Of a stretch of DNA of 58,769 nt, positions 36,201-39,232 are shown in pieces (position 1 is the first letter of the stretch; each line of letters starts with the position of its first letter). Source of the DNA: an uncultured Clostridia bacterium. GTDB lineage: Bacteria > Bacillota > Clostridia > Christensenellales > UBA1242. The notes under the pieces are model-generated. The model was not told where the DNA came from. It ran no database searches and was given only the letters and a program-made list of their open reading frames with translations. The stretch is taken from assembly GCA_947168085.1 (NCBI GenBank), contig CAMVKM010000001.1, forward strand, positions 1 to 58,769, given 5' to 3'. A program made the position numbers and the translations under genes.

Positions 36201-38683
36201 TAAACTTGATTGCCAACTTCAACTTCCCATGTGATTTCTGGAACAATTTTGTGTGCGTTTCTATCATAAAACACACTGTTAACAGCATCAAGTTCGATGC
36301 TTGAATCAGAAAGCGGTGTCTTAACAACAAATGATTTTTTAACAGAACCATAGTAGTGAGCATTCACTCCAACAAGGTTGTTTGTTCCAAGTCCAGACAA
36401 AATTCCTTCTGCAACAACATAGTAAGTTCCACCAGTTGCGGTAACAGTGTTTGCAGTGTATTCTTGTGTTAAGGCTTGGTTAAAGTAGCGCACTCTAAAG
36501 TCAGTGCCTTCTGCTGTTGAAAATGTTGCTGCTCCATTTAAAAGTTGAACTGGGTCAACTCCGTCACGAAGTTTGTATTCAGCAGCTGGGCCACCAATTG
36601 TTGTGTGCACAATTGTTGAAGCTGTCATTGAAAGTTTTGGGTAATCTAAAAGTGTGTAAACCCAAGCACATGTGTTGGTTGTTGTGTTAAAGTTTGGAAA
36701 ATCAGTCATTCCGCTTGGCTTTGTGTTGATTTCACCACTACTTTTCATTTGCGCTTCAGTCAAACGATTTCCAACAACATATTCACCAGGTGTATTAGTT
36801 GGTCTATCATACTCTCTGTAAGCATTGTTAGCGGTACTATCTAGATAGTAGCATGCAGTTACGCTTCCACCTCCATCAACTAAAAGCCCTACAATACCAT
36901 TTTTCCCCGAAGGAAGTGAACCGACGTTGTAAGCATAACTGATTTGAGAGTAACTAACACCAGCAATTCCACCAACTCTGTTTCCAGACGAAATCGTTCC
37001 AGTGTTGTAAACTCTTGTGATTAATGTGTTTACTGTCACTTGGTCAATTGTTGTATTTTCTGCGGAACCAACAATTCCACCAACATTCATTCCATTTGAA
37101 AGAGTTGCGTTGTTATAGCAATCGGAAACCGTCGTTCCAAAAGCCCAAGCAACAATTCCACCAACTCGACTGGTTGTTGCTGATGTTCCACTGATTGTTC
37201 CACTCAAAATTGCAACATTTTGTATGTAACCACCTTTAATTTTTCCAAAAAGTCCAGCATGAGCTGCTGTTACATTAATGTTTGAAATTCCATGACCTTG
37301 GCCGTCATAGAAATATGTGTAGTTTCCACTATTTCCACCAATAGGGGTAAATGATGAATCGTTTTGTAAATCGATGTCAACTGTTTGTCTAAAATAATAA
37401 CCACTTAATGCCGCTGCATTTTCAGACAGTGTCATTAAGTTTGCTTTGCTTTCAATAAGGAAAGGACTGGCAGAAGTTCCTTCTCCACTAAATCCAGGAA
37501 TGATTGTCCATGGGAAAGTGATTACTGTGCTTGTTCGTGTTGTTCCATCACTTGGAAGAGTTGTGCTGCTGTTCCATTCATAGTTTGTGGTTGTGATTTC
37601 AAAACGCGCTGTGTAGTCACCAACTGCTGATGCACTTATGTAACTTTTTGTAACAACAGTGTCTGCTTGTCCACTTTGGCAATTGTTAATTTCATTTCTG
37701 TAAGATGTGTCGTAATCTGGTGACACATTGCTGCCCGTGTAAATTGCATCTCTTGTTTTTAATGGCAATGTCAAAACTTTTTTGGTGATGTCAAAACGAG
37801 CGTAGGCATAACCATAGTAGTCATTTTGACCTTCAACTTGAACATAGTAAACACCAGCATTTGTGTAAGGTGATGATGTTGGGTTTGCTTTGTTTGAGTC
37901 AACATAGCACCATGTGTAATCTCCCTCATGAGTGGTTGAATTGTATGGATCTAAGTTAACCCATGCAGCAGCTTCATAACCTGGGTCTGTTGGTGGAACC
38001 ATTTTAAGTTTCACTTCAGACACAGTAACGTTGTATGGGTCACCATTATACTGTCTGTAGATTTGCGCTGCATCATTGGCGTGCTCAAGATCTGCTTCAT
38101 CATGCAAAGTGATAAACGCATCTTCAATGTTTTGAATTGATGTGTTGCCAATTTGATTTTGATAGTCAGCAAGGTTAAGCCTTTCAATTTCAAATGGAAC
38201 AAAAAGCTCCCCTTCAAAATCAGAGCCTAAACCCACAACTTTGCGATAGTAAGTTCCTGCATGAACTGGCGCAGCATCCATTTCCGCAAATTCATTGTTT
38301 GCGTCTTTAACAAAAAACGCTTCTGCAACAACAAAGTTTGTGTTTTCAACAAGCAAAAAGTCTTGTTCATCAATGGTTACAACAACCTTTTGAACAGTTG
38401 GACTAAATGCTTCGTCATTAAACACTCTTGATGTTTCAGACAACAAAACATTAACGCTGTAGGCACTGCCACCTTCAGCAAGCGAACGCAAAACACCTTG
38501 ATTGGTGTTTAGATCATCTGTCCACAAAATTGTGGTGTCGCTCAAGTTGCCACTTGTTTGTGTTTCAACTTGACCTGTTGTTGTTCTTTGCCCTGCAAAA
38601 TTAAAGCCAAGCATTGCAACCACAACTGCTGCGATTGCAACTGGCAAGAAAAAGAACAATTTTAGAAAGTTTTTCTTAGACAT
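9254..38683 (-). CDS. giant (9,809 aa) membrane-anchored repetitive surface protein / putative fibrillar adhesin with a GLUG-type beta-helix and MBG/YGX-type Ig-like repeats
   Basis: Uninterrupted 29,430-nt ORF with GAGGT SD at 38689-38693, 5 nt before the ATG. See the sub-features for domains. The recurring unit signature is Y-[TD]-G-x(3-5)-P ... [GT]-x-D-Y-x-[VLI]-x-Y-x-N-N-x-N-[AV]-G-T-A ... G-x-G-N-[YF]-x-G ... F-x-I-x-P-[KR]. Confidence 0.95.
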   Translation of the reverse strand: MSKKNFLKLFFFLPVAIAAVVVAMLGFNFAGQRTTTGQVETQTSGNLSDTTILWTDDLNTNQGVLRSLAEGGSAYSVNVLLSETSRVFNDEAFSPTVQKVVVTIDEQDFLLVENTNFVVAEAFFVKDANNEFAEMDAAPVHAGTYYRKVVGLGSDFEGELFVPFEIERLNLADYQNQIGNTSIQNIEDAFITLHDEADLEHANDAAQIYRQYNGDPYNVTVSEVKLKMVPPTDPGYEAAAWVNLDPYNSTTHEGDYTWCYVDSNKANPTSSPYTNAGVYYVQVEGQNDYYGYAYARFDITKKVLTLPLKTRDAIYTGSNVSPDYDTSYRNEINNCQSGQADTVVTKSYISASAVGDYTARFEITTTNYEWNSSTTLPSDGTTRTSTVITFPWTIIPGFSGEGTSASPFLIESKANLMTLSENAAALSGYYFRQTVDIDLQNDSSFTPIGGNSGNYTYFYDGQGHGISNINVTAAHAGLFGKIKGGYIQNVAILSGTISGTSATTSRVGGIVAWAFGTTVSDCYNNATLSNGMNVGGIVGSAENTTIDQVTVNTLITRVYNTGTISSGNRVGGIAGVSYSQISYAYNVGSLPSGKNGIVGLLVDGGGSVTACYYLDSTANNAYREYDRPTNTPGEYVVGNRLTEAQMKSSGEINTKPSGMTDFPNFNTTTNTCAWVYTLLDYPKLSMTASTIVHTTIGGPAAEYKLRDGVDPVQLLNGAATFSTAEGTDFRVRYFNQALTQEYTANTVTATGGTYYVVAEGILSGLGTNNLVGVNAHYYGSVKKSFVVKTPLSDSSIELDAVNSVFYDRNAHKIVPEITWEVEVGNQVYSKELEENVDFTLKYYFKYGTSSKTEVTDFVNTTDTAVYPNKGTITIEITGIGSYKGVITHTYTINRVSVQGASITLNGNAAYTYDGNPHARQVTQVQASGMTLSSGTEYTVRYRKGSNYYAANEVVAGGTYYVVVEGTGNFTGVDESNSFIINKATITSAEFNDIYKNAVYDGGVFAPTFKHVWAGSVELAYGNDYSITYSTTDFKSAGDHTVIINAQGDSFQNPAGGPISVTFTIHPFDLSTLNAADIVLEYNTHVFTGSQLTPTVTVDHSDPEILVGSTAAFPVKATYGTNRNVADGGTVTLVPNTNVGTGASNFTGSSVVKTFTITPKALTTSGFTVGTVNAITYDGVSRSTTTVSVTDKTIGAMTQDQDYEVFFAVQGSTDPATITNAGTYRLFVKGKGNYDATTKIEVSGGFTINPKQISGNVNLTVSPASFYYDETKTKQVPSITVKDKVINPNTPLVEGTNNDYVVHFSTVNSASSANYVANPKTAQRYYIVIEGKGNYTGNDVSKYFDINARALSEFTASISALTFNGLTQTISASDVTVSKTGYGTLTAGTDFSISIQNNGGSFGVITAGTYTVVVSGGSNGNYTGSTTATLTVNKANVESITISGVSPSLVYNKLDRKTDQTQNLTVSVRVAGNTSAVSSSYYTFTPSFDGTGITGTNEVINVGSYNLHVTIGGSNINANTSSQGNAAFTITAATITRLQIGVLTLGASTETKSTNSSGYIDTLSVAFKNADFEPSFYVFSGSSKTDTVDSQYFTVAPSTSGYQKNVGSKTYTVTARAGTTTGKSNYVVQAGVQATLTVTARELASADITWVTSPVSQVYTGSSLSTTFEIKWTAANATLALGTDFTVSYSNNKNVGTAGITIHLTGNYAHKKNTTITSSFAITPKALTDAMASWQDSNQFAFTGGIIRPDSSLIVEDKPSANADSVLTSADYSISYFKRSGASAPYTYTALASTEPVDVLTTANEHYAIKIDAGTQANPTHNYYGTIYVIYDITQIDMANVTISILNPSSIIYRGTAWTTDVPYTISYAGNQMTDPTDYTRTYGTNLNVTVSGDDSTRGSITFTGHGNYKNSQTVYFAILPKSISGMTISGINANGYTYTGGQIKPSFTVKDGSTTLVKGQDFNFSDSDWANNVNVSFNANNQVVANATVTITGMGNYDTTTTKVITFKIVQKDLSDTTEISVTSGANLHYAFTGSSQSLSANDRANLVSYSKFVRRGSNKHLEENVDFVISYADAEADRVNVASKKHYVVNISAKENGNFTGSTSTYFTITSVTLTQAMLNLDTADKIYTGSEITVTPTVSHNSKTFSENANNFAVSYSADRVNVGTVTVTVTGNASGNQNFTGSISGSYQIVAKPVSDLSDFTVTVGSGAAAKVWPQVYATDYNATAQTPAVVVVENVRSGEQGGGVLQPTTDYTVAYTNNTDAGTATITIGFCNNYSGSPTASFTINQVSLALITNTASVADITYTAGALNEHKKQASDFAFKFNNVAVDTTNEYNVKWFRDYNDSTKKAVTTDFRKVGTITLELTSKGKNFTSGTVKTVSYNIVPRHIGDVTASILSTENLTYTGVALTPDYNISFGGDTPLQKDVDYTVTYANNLNAGNATITFVGIGNYTSMIGQTQTNKVLNFTIAPKDITDNTYGTISASIASQEFVTNSPRDPDVVVTYTITYKTNPEQVNTLVSQTTNATNYDFTESYSLNGTPKTANDLVDAGIYTVRIQASGNYTGHLDLDFEIYKRNLYGKSFVEYAANNDYTFTFNQITPAFTLFYDATGAETSTSDELTTDDYTISYGTNIHVATGGTITVTGKRNYEGSQTFNFAIDPKDISEIEAQTAHGAGVMTYDTIASRVFNREAYTPTIGAHYNGHTLVLGANQHFTVDYQDNTHVYHDGSGQVASNAKAILSGHGDFEGTITLYYMITPAEITKLQVILNDLDGDKTINAVVDGTSATNAKTLTFKNSEFTYSVHVWSGSFDITAGDYDETLQTGTPGDSSYYTLVVENANGGAVDLTNIGTTNFSIVPQKNTANTAMDYDFASGKNIVASFTIAKRNLNGQINFHNVSAKTYTGSAVTQNFQDTGDSVAYTTYQLPTPGASTQVRLLSTDISSITYVDNVNVAYKTENSVKVVDAKAKVVVAFTGNYEGSAECYFRIEPKALTADMLTLSGFDNAQNSSFEFTGAAHAPTMTVLDPAVGTQIITSSDYTLGIFTRTGSSEPYTYTPESSPIHVKTYYVVFDANDYDGENVGLKNYVGRIEKTFAITPISVTDNRVSIAVSDPTSIIYRGTQWTPALTVTYNNMTVALSDTNGYTVTYGENINATTPGTYVVSGHGDYTGTTSTLEFTIIPRDITAANISYTISGQAVPNTGLDPNTYVYTGSEITPTVVIVDSGLATGQDYSLLFGATAQGTDGDLAPAIYANNTKVSYNGTVVAAQATIALAGRGNYQGSRTITFKIDPKDISTLTFGGTYTADGYKFNYDFTGYNVPLGSNDLATLLYYTGYGYLNKDIAANPSVVDFEYDYVDSARVNVANNKKYYVILQGKGNFTGRIDNTTTTKVYFTINPINLATLSVKNIADVTYNGEAHTPTAYVQFNGQEFTASDINFTATYDNNVNVSFDQTGIIAGAYVDLTGATTKNFSGTIRKYFKILPKQITSFDEFLDVQIGGTSMPDKTEILPAFSGYEPVYTSQQQLPSVYLYTKTTTAQPQSQTYGVGTHFSVTYTNNIEVKRQNDTLGGAVIANALVTITLGGTQNRNYGGTLTATFKIVPADLDDITYTASAVDDVLYDTANHQVSASNLNFAFGGNSVSNEEYTMGWYRESSDVDAIAITVDNATINVKPTSNFRDAGKIYIVLETKGKNFAGNKEDIYYRINPKSIAATGQHAVSLSIANQTYTRDANGAVVLKPVIAMTYYAEDLQEDRDYTVTYWNSNGTEQRFVTGSTNLLTEAGTYMVKITGIGNYATTAATAEPTSYRDDVTYTIDPRNISTSSDIIKNNIASQEYNNADLIPYVNFTYFGYRLQTSTDVSPSPIELNITMFEEDGETATTPRHAGNYVIKIEGTGNYTGQTTKSFVITKKEITINSTYLTASAGNNYIYTGANIEPSFTAAYMSGGNVLENLQAGTDYTATYGENINVVFDGTSYVAAGTIVINAVANGNYQTAAGGVTYYFVIYPKALDNNEIAQAAVTNAVDNNKGYLLRSADASPTALGSVVMTAPTNSVYNAQNYAPEVNPQYTPAGYSTRSLAKTTNYTLTYYFADDAVNANAVTPVNAESYKAVVSGVVGTTEGTANYVGSVTYNFTITPAYVTRMALTVDQGLVTEAPSTRSYVTEAGVNISVDQVSRVFKNSDYARAFTIVSNTVADVPAANFSIESFRYYAIAGQQYSYDAIMQADPTDPKLATFFSDVGKIKFELTLNSITESGRTFTNYVFETNTGVRAELTIIEKTFSIGTADLSWVGYDATPETYTGSEIEKSFSLTWTDSTLGVTTAQSLVSGTDYTVSYDDNTDAGTATITISFAGNYAGTDQKQFTILARTIESNMTSILKLLNISTQQMQEMTKDSNDVYTAPYTRSAINPIPQVTDNIKLVGGVVTPTILIDETDYTFAYKQGNTTVAAPTTVGTYTVVIQGMGNYSGTIPIDFVIETVAITHADFNLDSTSNTAYTGDQIKPNYTVTFNGNTLTGRELLPNEDIDTVTGYDFIITYANNINVKRLNDALDGAVVENFASMTIIGINNFRKLDEFDQLVFATRTFTVNPRNINETNKLTIADNRVNTTIYYDGAAHDISSDVTLNHASMAQSRGTLLVQNTDYVVSYNDNINAGTVTMTFAGCGNFAESATYSFAISKYILGQYDTIAGINATGYNYDHLSHSPVLTISTSSSQLTTTSRTLTASDYEENYYRADTNGTETINNVLVSETTDFTSAGTIYVKIAGLNINYTGQITTSYEIYPATLTIISFTGTNEDTFSNASKYSKFAITQVAQITTEDTNRLGGNDVKINPDSLSDVSVQYCRESNGVNAFTVNNTSVEETDDFTSAGTIYVVVSPVSTNYTGTAVKTFTIAPKAIAQNADFSIKYYYVSYYTDANSQVVVTDIPTDGDGVEIFYNESTTTYYYMDGDDQVLVGYGNDSVANPGTEAAMVTLYGAKDTGFALGDYYNNSNNIRRVKIYMINSQTYQGRPLKSEIVFVSAESVAKPLLQEGSLTDASNRQDYTYSWTKQDYQGQTTTDFTVVGTVTITITGYGNYAGGFTREYNVTARPLNSENFAQSNLTVIYRGTGFVWADLFPAFTSLTTQHYTVAQYEDLADKTAVDSEIQASLAAIYTAANPQYIVVKDKVQNIYVVPELQLQLCTFHVNDPSIGDNTIGQGQYASYLNNINVGMGTMLIAGVAGKGYAENTALPISFTIDPYDITNDTTNILTSDTATAEEQAARIYTGSEITIDSFVEVLDNRSTISVNDLTQNIDYTLGYISDITLAHNNINASAKNLDSTNTTGQAKVIITGIGNYTGTREVLFTIKQKDISNADATYGATNATFVVNPDEFIYNLAAQRPTTTSMTYNTMSLVQAAQGDYQVVYWRECESTDTGATAFPTSETGGTTGYLYMLTQDSDFVATGTIFVQFVANSGVGVWNGNYTGYTFSSYEITPVKILRFELLIGTTQNGAVYYDGTENFEITYDGVAHTIWGARVLDINGNVVDSSGYRFTYVNDQNTQVTTSASGDLPAFDFTNVRVFATPHANLNDIVISAVSPNFEMAANTTANFDDTFVFEISPKPISGLTVSNIADKTYNRGSFSPTNGTNANDDFSILDNSLATGSDYYLVTGTDVTLAYDGRVNVGISTITVTGINNYSGSLPVTFEIVARNINEAGILQDVSDTISYEFTGSQISVLDADAVKYLKYDGIALVLGDEFTVSYVDDTRINVGYDDNGVAAKKYYGLILEGQGNFTGTITNGENSKVAYFTIDPKALVDLENAMTTTDYISGIVDKTYKGAAWTQGEDSQDIVLTFNGKGYKAGTLNFSVGYSNNTDVTIENGNVVAGAVVTISATANQNFVGIVNDATTPAVTRNFTINPYDVTGKTIEQVFSRKIGLDNADFDDIEWGNDYAISYLSEAHTPHIVLKSTFADERILTRGNYGAEATTADYTVAYDKNIDAINNGAEIIVTFHKNYTGQAKSLFTITQASFQDEVYFTTASIQNFDYDWEDHKEFPEWIKFNNKTVDSSEYTVTYYRDYEAELIDDILTPTSASQITTEFDKAGTITVFLKSTGKNFVLNSGRAISYTIERKNINASDVTVDWDSSNKPYTTSAINPTFTLTYLGHDLTAESGANANDFSVVYGENTNVVYRSAGVYEAAAYFQIIGNGNFVSGTNSFYDSTLAYNADNADIYRTHYFTITPKNINEVTLAASTLADVEFNEQDQKPTVLLSYNNDNPLDVSEATTAKDAKITYSDNRNVAYDGEGEVRAAATITIEAKGNYVGTRIEHFKITPRHLTENVSLVWDEDASHYIYTGSEITPKFGTHIVLNQTLIYDPDGVGTVLFDGSTYTYDNVQHETSLDFVWEYSNNINVAREGGALDGNVLSAAVLTIEGRGNYTDTLVYNFAVTPRPISDVTIDPIANQTYIRTNITPGIVANYNNLPTLVDGTDYDLTYITDPTVLHNNINAGTANITVAGLGNYGSTTVVSFTIVAATLDRIVISTTNESNTQGTSVGPTTQTVSGLTTLKDVLSFDYKHAAFNIVTEVRTNVSDVPGTYGYDANGFVAVLSDYFNITAYRNYSASIENNEIVRTGTITPDFTNVGTITFVVTAKADANGNMNYVVAPNCDLVAEFTIEALDLSSRVVWSTVTAQTYTGYAIEPTFTLTYEINGQTVTLNHDDFEGTEEIQGDIIYKTDFTTSYAHNVNVYDGTPTIAVVFEGNYTGGTTQTFVINPKSLEDASITVVLDEDSFDYNSHARTPIPTVTDTSRNALNESGIVLTSGTEPLADTDDFSFAYYTRSGTVGNYTYTEIASPINAGTYYVGITGNSNYTDFVAVSYVINKIDLSRTVVAIDPNVAESYFVYDKTAKTPDIVVTFDTTLDVLTLTQFDDSTHTVSDVYDYDFTVAYTRNVNVKYVNDELVADALITITGSGGNYVEGSTQTLLFAIQPKDISDVLILIEDIATESQKLARIFTGLNITINGDVQVSDSRLAAADQILTLGTEFAQGTDFYLTYVTSKELANNNINASANNKALFSDDEHNGQAKITITGSWNYTGTRELYFTIYQKDITELLVGGTETLDGYSFAYPYKASTVSLSDANILTLLCYAADSSDIQADEYGFLSNNNNLDFSVGYVDADRVNVGDGTQVVKYYVVLTGNGNFKGTIDQTTAKKVYFTITPQQLSGDMMYVDGALNGVDKTYTGSEIKLAPTVEFNGAHSDNVVVGQNINFNATWTEDFDSVNTTLCVDVGTVTITITGASYMNFVGEVSKQYRIIPQEITNLENFFRLWVGNVEYFTPAQNIYGNVYNATAQTPGVELKSKFDDGRTLVEDVVTIEQGEPVVTPKDYSVAYTSNTNVTYGTVQGVRTVVAGAVITIAFHGNYTGEAVANFQINPQTNLTTILWGAGDMYNHHPVEYSRTPHDDEFNESDLVYHIGDNNYAVSADEFDVTFYRNYATAQETQITNPEDFVDIGVITVVLTSTGRNFVGTKDTLDYEIRVTKISLAEIDVDHMEMTFTGEEIDDESGFTFRVIFENIYTLSSDKSLIGTPNEGKGDYEFEFTNNFHAGTATLTIYGLNNFNYIDPITGERDSKSINFTINKKNIADDEIASVVAEIWKSETEHFDEGEDPSFEYNQDEDGNTVPITPKITLSYNGKSIHNGVVAEEANWLDYFTVQYINNENAGIATIRVTGNKDFSGTIERTFEITKRKISDASASVVWAIEDNHISLDASHKWVIDDLNYAVSTTNIVYDGTQQTPFFEINYRDTLGLDKLSAYSYQFSLNKTVDYEDDGITPKATATLTITGINNFEGSTEFKFVINPRSLDSAEVSTYLNGFATNEELEFTYANHAFSPAVKVEDALATIGAVGNDSLAENIDFVVTHNLGVDVGTYPVTITGKGNYTGTIYHNFTITPAFITRTYVTIDGEQSAQDLASVANTSVDTLSLVFKNSPFSYQLTVLADNEVAVVPESYYTIYAYENYGTAEQQITQNFTDVGTITFVIETKAGGDNSKLNYIFAPQASVYEIKNAYAQFTIEKRNLTDIAQFEDIADVIYTGSERKPGYTAFYLLDPEDESSKVVLTSLDILLATYAHNIDVSRANDDPEGEILSSATVTVEFAGNYSGHASTTFKIVPKTLTLAMTSLTKTTYNYTGSAITPTPTVADNSPVDGALDPTDFRFEYYTSNETLIDPQDFDFNIGNYFVRVVGVANYQGSVDIDYEIEQTEIDDDNTIVDITVLKPIYDGTAKTVDGVDPALSIVITVTVDGVERQLVASQDANLTDFVLEYTNNTNASFEAPASVTVLGRNNYKGYVIQTFTISPKDLNDLKRVPEVPEEQDAVTKIVRQTFTGFTIRPEVVVTDRDISLSPLLLNEDFTLIYDENAKEIGDYDIRIVGKHNYTGEISTSFNIKPKNISDSKITINTGFRYSFTGDPEGMKLANSDILTLVCYATDPEDIDAESDYGYLRYLDDFTLEYGVEPYINVNGGADYVVRIVGQGNFEGEQETKFKIEAVDISGLEIRDLVPKTYDGTAQTQDDAKIYFNQRPFAPSAFNFDVEYITDRTLEGNNIDASNQAVIRFVGDETKNFYGTTTATFVIERKQITNENIASIFDVLINGNTDYATEYVARNITPTVTITEKSTGDALVLGSLEENEDRNDFTVEYTNNKDAGTATITLRFWKNYANTADAHFTITKADLSDISAENLPYPAYVYDRTAHLWNAAYSFEDQPVDANEFTLKFYRDYSTTPVELDVADPELDDFKDAGQITVVATSTNRNFRDGTTKIVAYDIDFGNIADAQITILGTYVFDNCEITPNFTVVFGGIEDALILDSDFEIELTNNVNASSMAKLIVHGINNFEGSQEKLFTIERRSLNDVTITLDDMPYTGEAITPTMSLVYCPGEANELVLGIPVDQQYAGDFTFEIDEEENIQSGDNAHVTFFGINNFSGERLVYFRIIPRTLSNDNVTITWDVLNIIYDRTAQVPEFSLEYDDGQGTTLNLYSDLDKAQNYDYTFAVTDNIDAGEATLTIVGQNNYQGDAVFHFTIKKRSLRDEDRIVLEDITGEMRYKGSAWEPSVVVKFDGVALIPTEDFDTDYSNNINCGEAEVIITGKGNYESSLRATFIIQKRTVTQIVLLNDVDSHYYDTESHSNLVREIVSSNNGLDDITVNIGVDVTLNYYRNYGEANEYVYDPSDAEMQANFFKNAGVITIVAEAIEGGNYEGIAEKEYTILQRDIESSYVRLDGFVDDFDYNFGQEITQNITLTLVLEGVDKEVLQLTVDYDVVYADNTDSGFATMTLMGLGGNYVGVVHKTYEIHKINPMIDARILYRSTDPNKQYYYSTQTLEDVVYDLGDPHTPGEFTWVESTTEQFGGKELKAHQTLVRHFVFEPYDTRNFNNAEGTLSFEVEPRYLVSLEVIEYQSEYVAYDFFNHNMTVIGHFNDEDKDDYKEEESAKGELLSYDEGQYDIKRVDGYHWYGELARVTLSDTCFVVTTSLGDITEIVPITVGTIQIQIEFVSDPYLVQYDEVTGEIKETSLGYDLRPTNLSVMDKWYEFGQGVTVTYHKYGIGTAQNGYTDEGWYLVRVVSNNENFVFAEGQNEFKITVKLPKISHATTNYSVEAESPQGFEEGFGIYLEFLSDLTARDIKRYVGAFDAQIAELVIVHFTKDGRDTTFEGTYNLTFSVDPLIRDNAGLKIYVKDGIESSFSEEPLDAEAYRKIGDNQITIDNISSTVILLSTVPRGGMGSVWIYVGVGVGVALIVAIIIIINRVNAAKRKRMRLRQNGEEGAEEQTSNSEASNNNKA
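9356..9439 (-). other. C-terminal transmembrane anchor of the giant protein, followed by a basic/acidic cytoplasmic tail (9257-9355)
   Basis: GMGSVWIYVGVGVGVALIVAIIIIINRV followed by NAAKRKRMRLRQNGEEGAEEQ.... No LPxTG-type sorting signal. Confidence 0.8.
10700..36620 (-). repeat. tandem array of roughly 90-100 diverged Ig-like coding repeats (~90-110 aa each), organised in about 7 super-repeats
   Basis: The protein-level unit signature recurs throughout, and landmark units recur every 3.1-4.2 kb (see findings). Boundaries are approximate. Confidence 0.8.
36629..37492 (-). other. GLUG-motif beta-helix 'head' module of the giant protein (aa ~398-685)
   Basis: GEGTSASPFLIESKANLMTL... followed by repeated G-G-I-V/A-G turns (AGLFGKI, VGGIVAWA, VGGIVGSA, VGGIAGVS, NGIVGLL), as in GLUG-motif adhesin and IgA-protease-type modules. 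Confidence 0.65.
38591..38683 (-). other. N-terminal signal peptide or signal-anchor of the giant protein (aa 1-31)
   Basis: MSKKNFLK followed by LFFFLPVAIAAVVVAMLGFNFAG. No lipobox, and the cleavage site is ambiguous. Confidence 0.7.
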
Positions 38684-39219
38684 TTTTTACCTCGATTTAT
38701 TTTTCTGTTTCCTTGGTGGAAATATATTTGAATCACTGCCGCAAAGCAAATTCAAAATTGCCTTTCAAGAACTTTGGAGTTTTCACAACTGCAAAATTCT
38801 CAAAATTAAATTTTGTTTTTGCCAGCACCAATGTTTCAACCATTTTTTGAAATCAACCCCTTAAACGACAAAAAACACAAAAAGGCAAACGGAAAGTTTT
38901 TTTACCCTAAAGTGCTCGCGTAAAAGAAATTTAAAAAATCAAAAAATTAAGTTTTAGCACCAGTCGAACAATTTTTGTCCGGATTAGTCTCGTTTTTTGT
39001 ATCTTACCCCACTAATGCTGCTTATATTATACCCCATTTTAGAAAAAAAGTATACTAAAATAAGACAAAAATCCCAAAATTTTTCAAAATTTTTTTTCGC
39101 CACTTTTTACCCCCAAAAAGCCCACATTTTAAGCCAAAAACATAGGAATTTAGATTGAATGATTTTCTGTTTTTTGAACAAAAATCCAAGCATATTTACC
39201 TCATTTTTTAAAAATTCGT

Positions 39220-39232
39220 GGTAAATTTTACC
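39220..39232. promoter_or_regulatory. 6-1-6 palindrome GGTAAA-T-TTTACC in the giant-gene leader, overlapping a TAGGGTAAAAT -10-like element
   Basis: Read directly from the sequence. The minus-strand TAAAAT (39230-39225) has TTTAAA 17 nt upstream. This is a candidate only. Confidence 0.3.

Noticed and set aside
9254-38683. Dozens of 60-250-aa ORFs inside the giant gene, on both strands (for example 28226..28984 +, 28447..29019 -, 15574..16005 -, 12175..12564 -).
   Set aside because: All lie in alternative frames of one continuous, well-supported ORF. Their translations are low-complexity (C/V/N/F-rich antisense, Q/L/T/M-rich sense off-frame). That is expected from the strongly biased Thr/Asn/Tyr/Val codon content, which depletes stop codons in other frames. 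None has an RBS.
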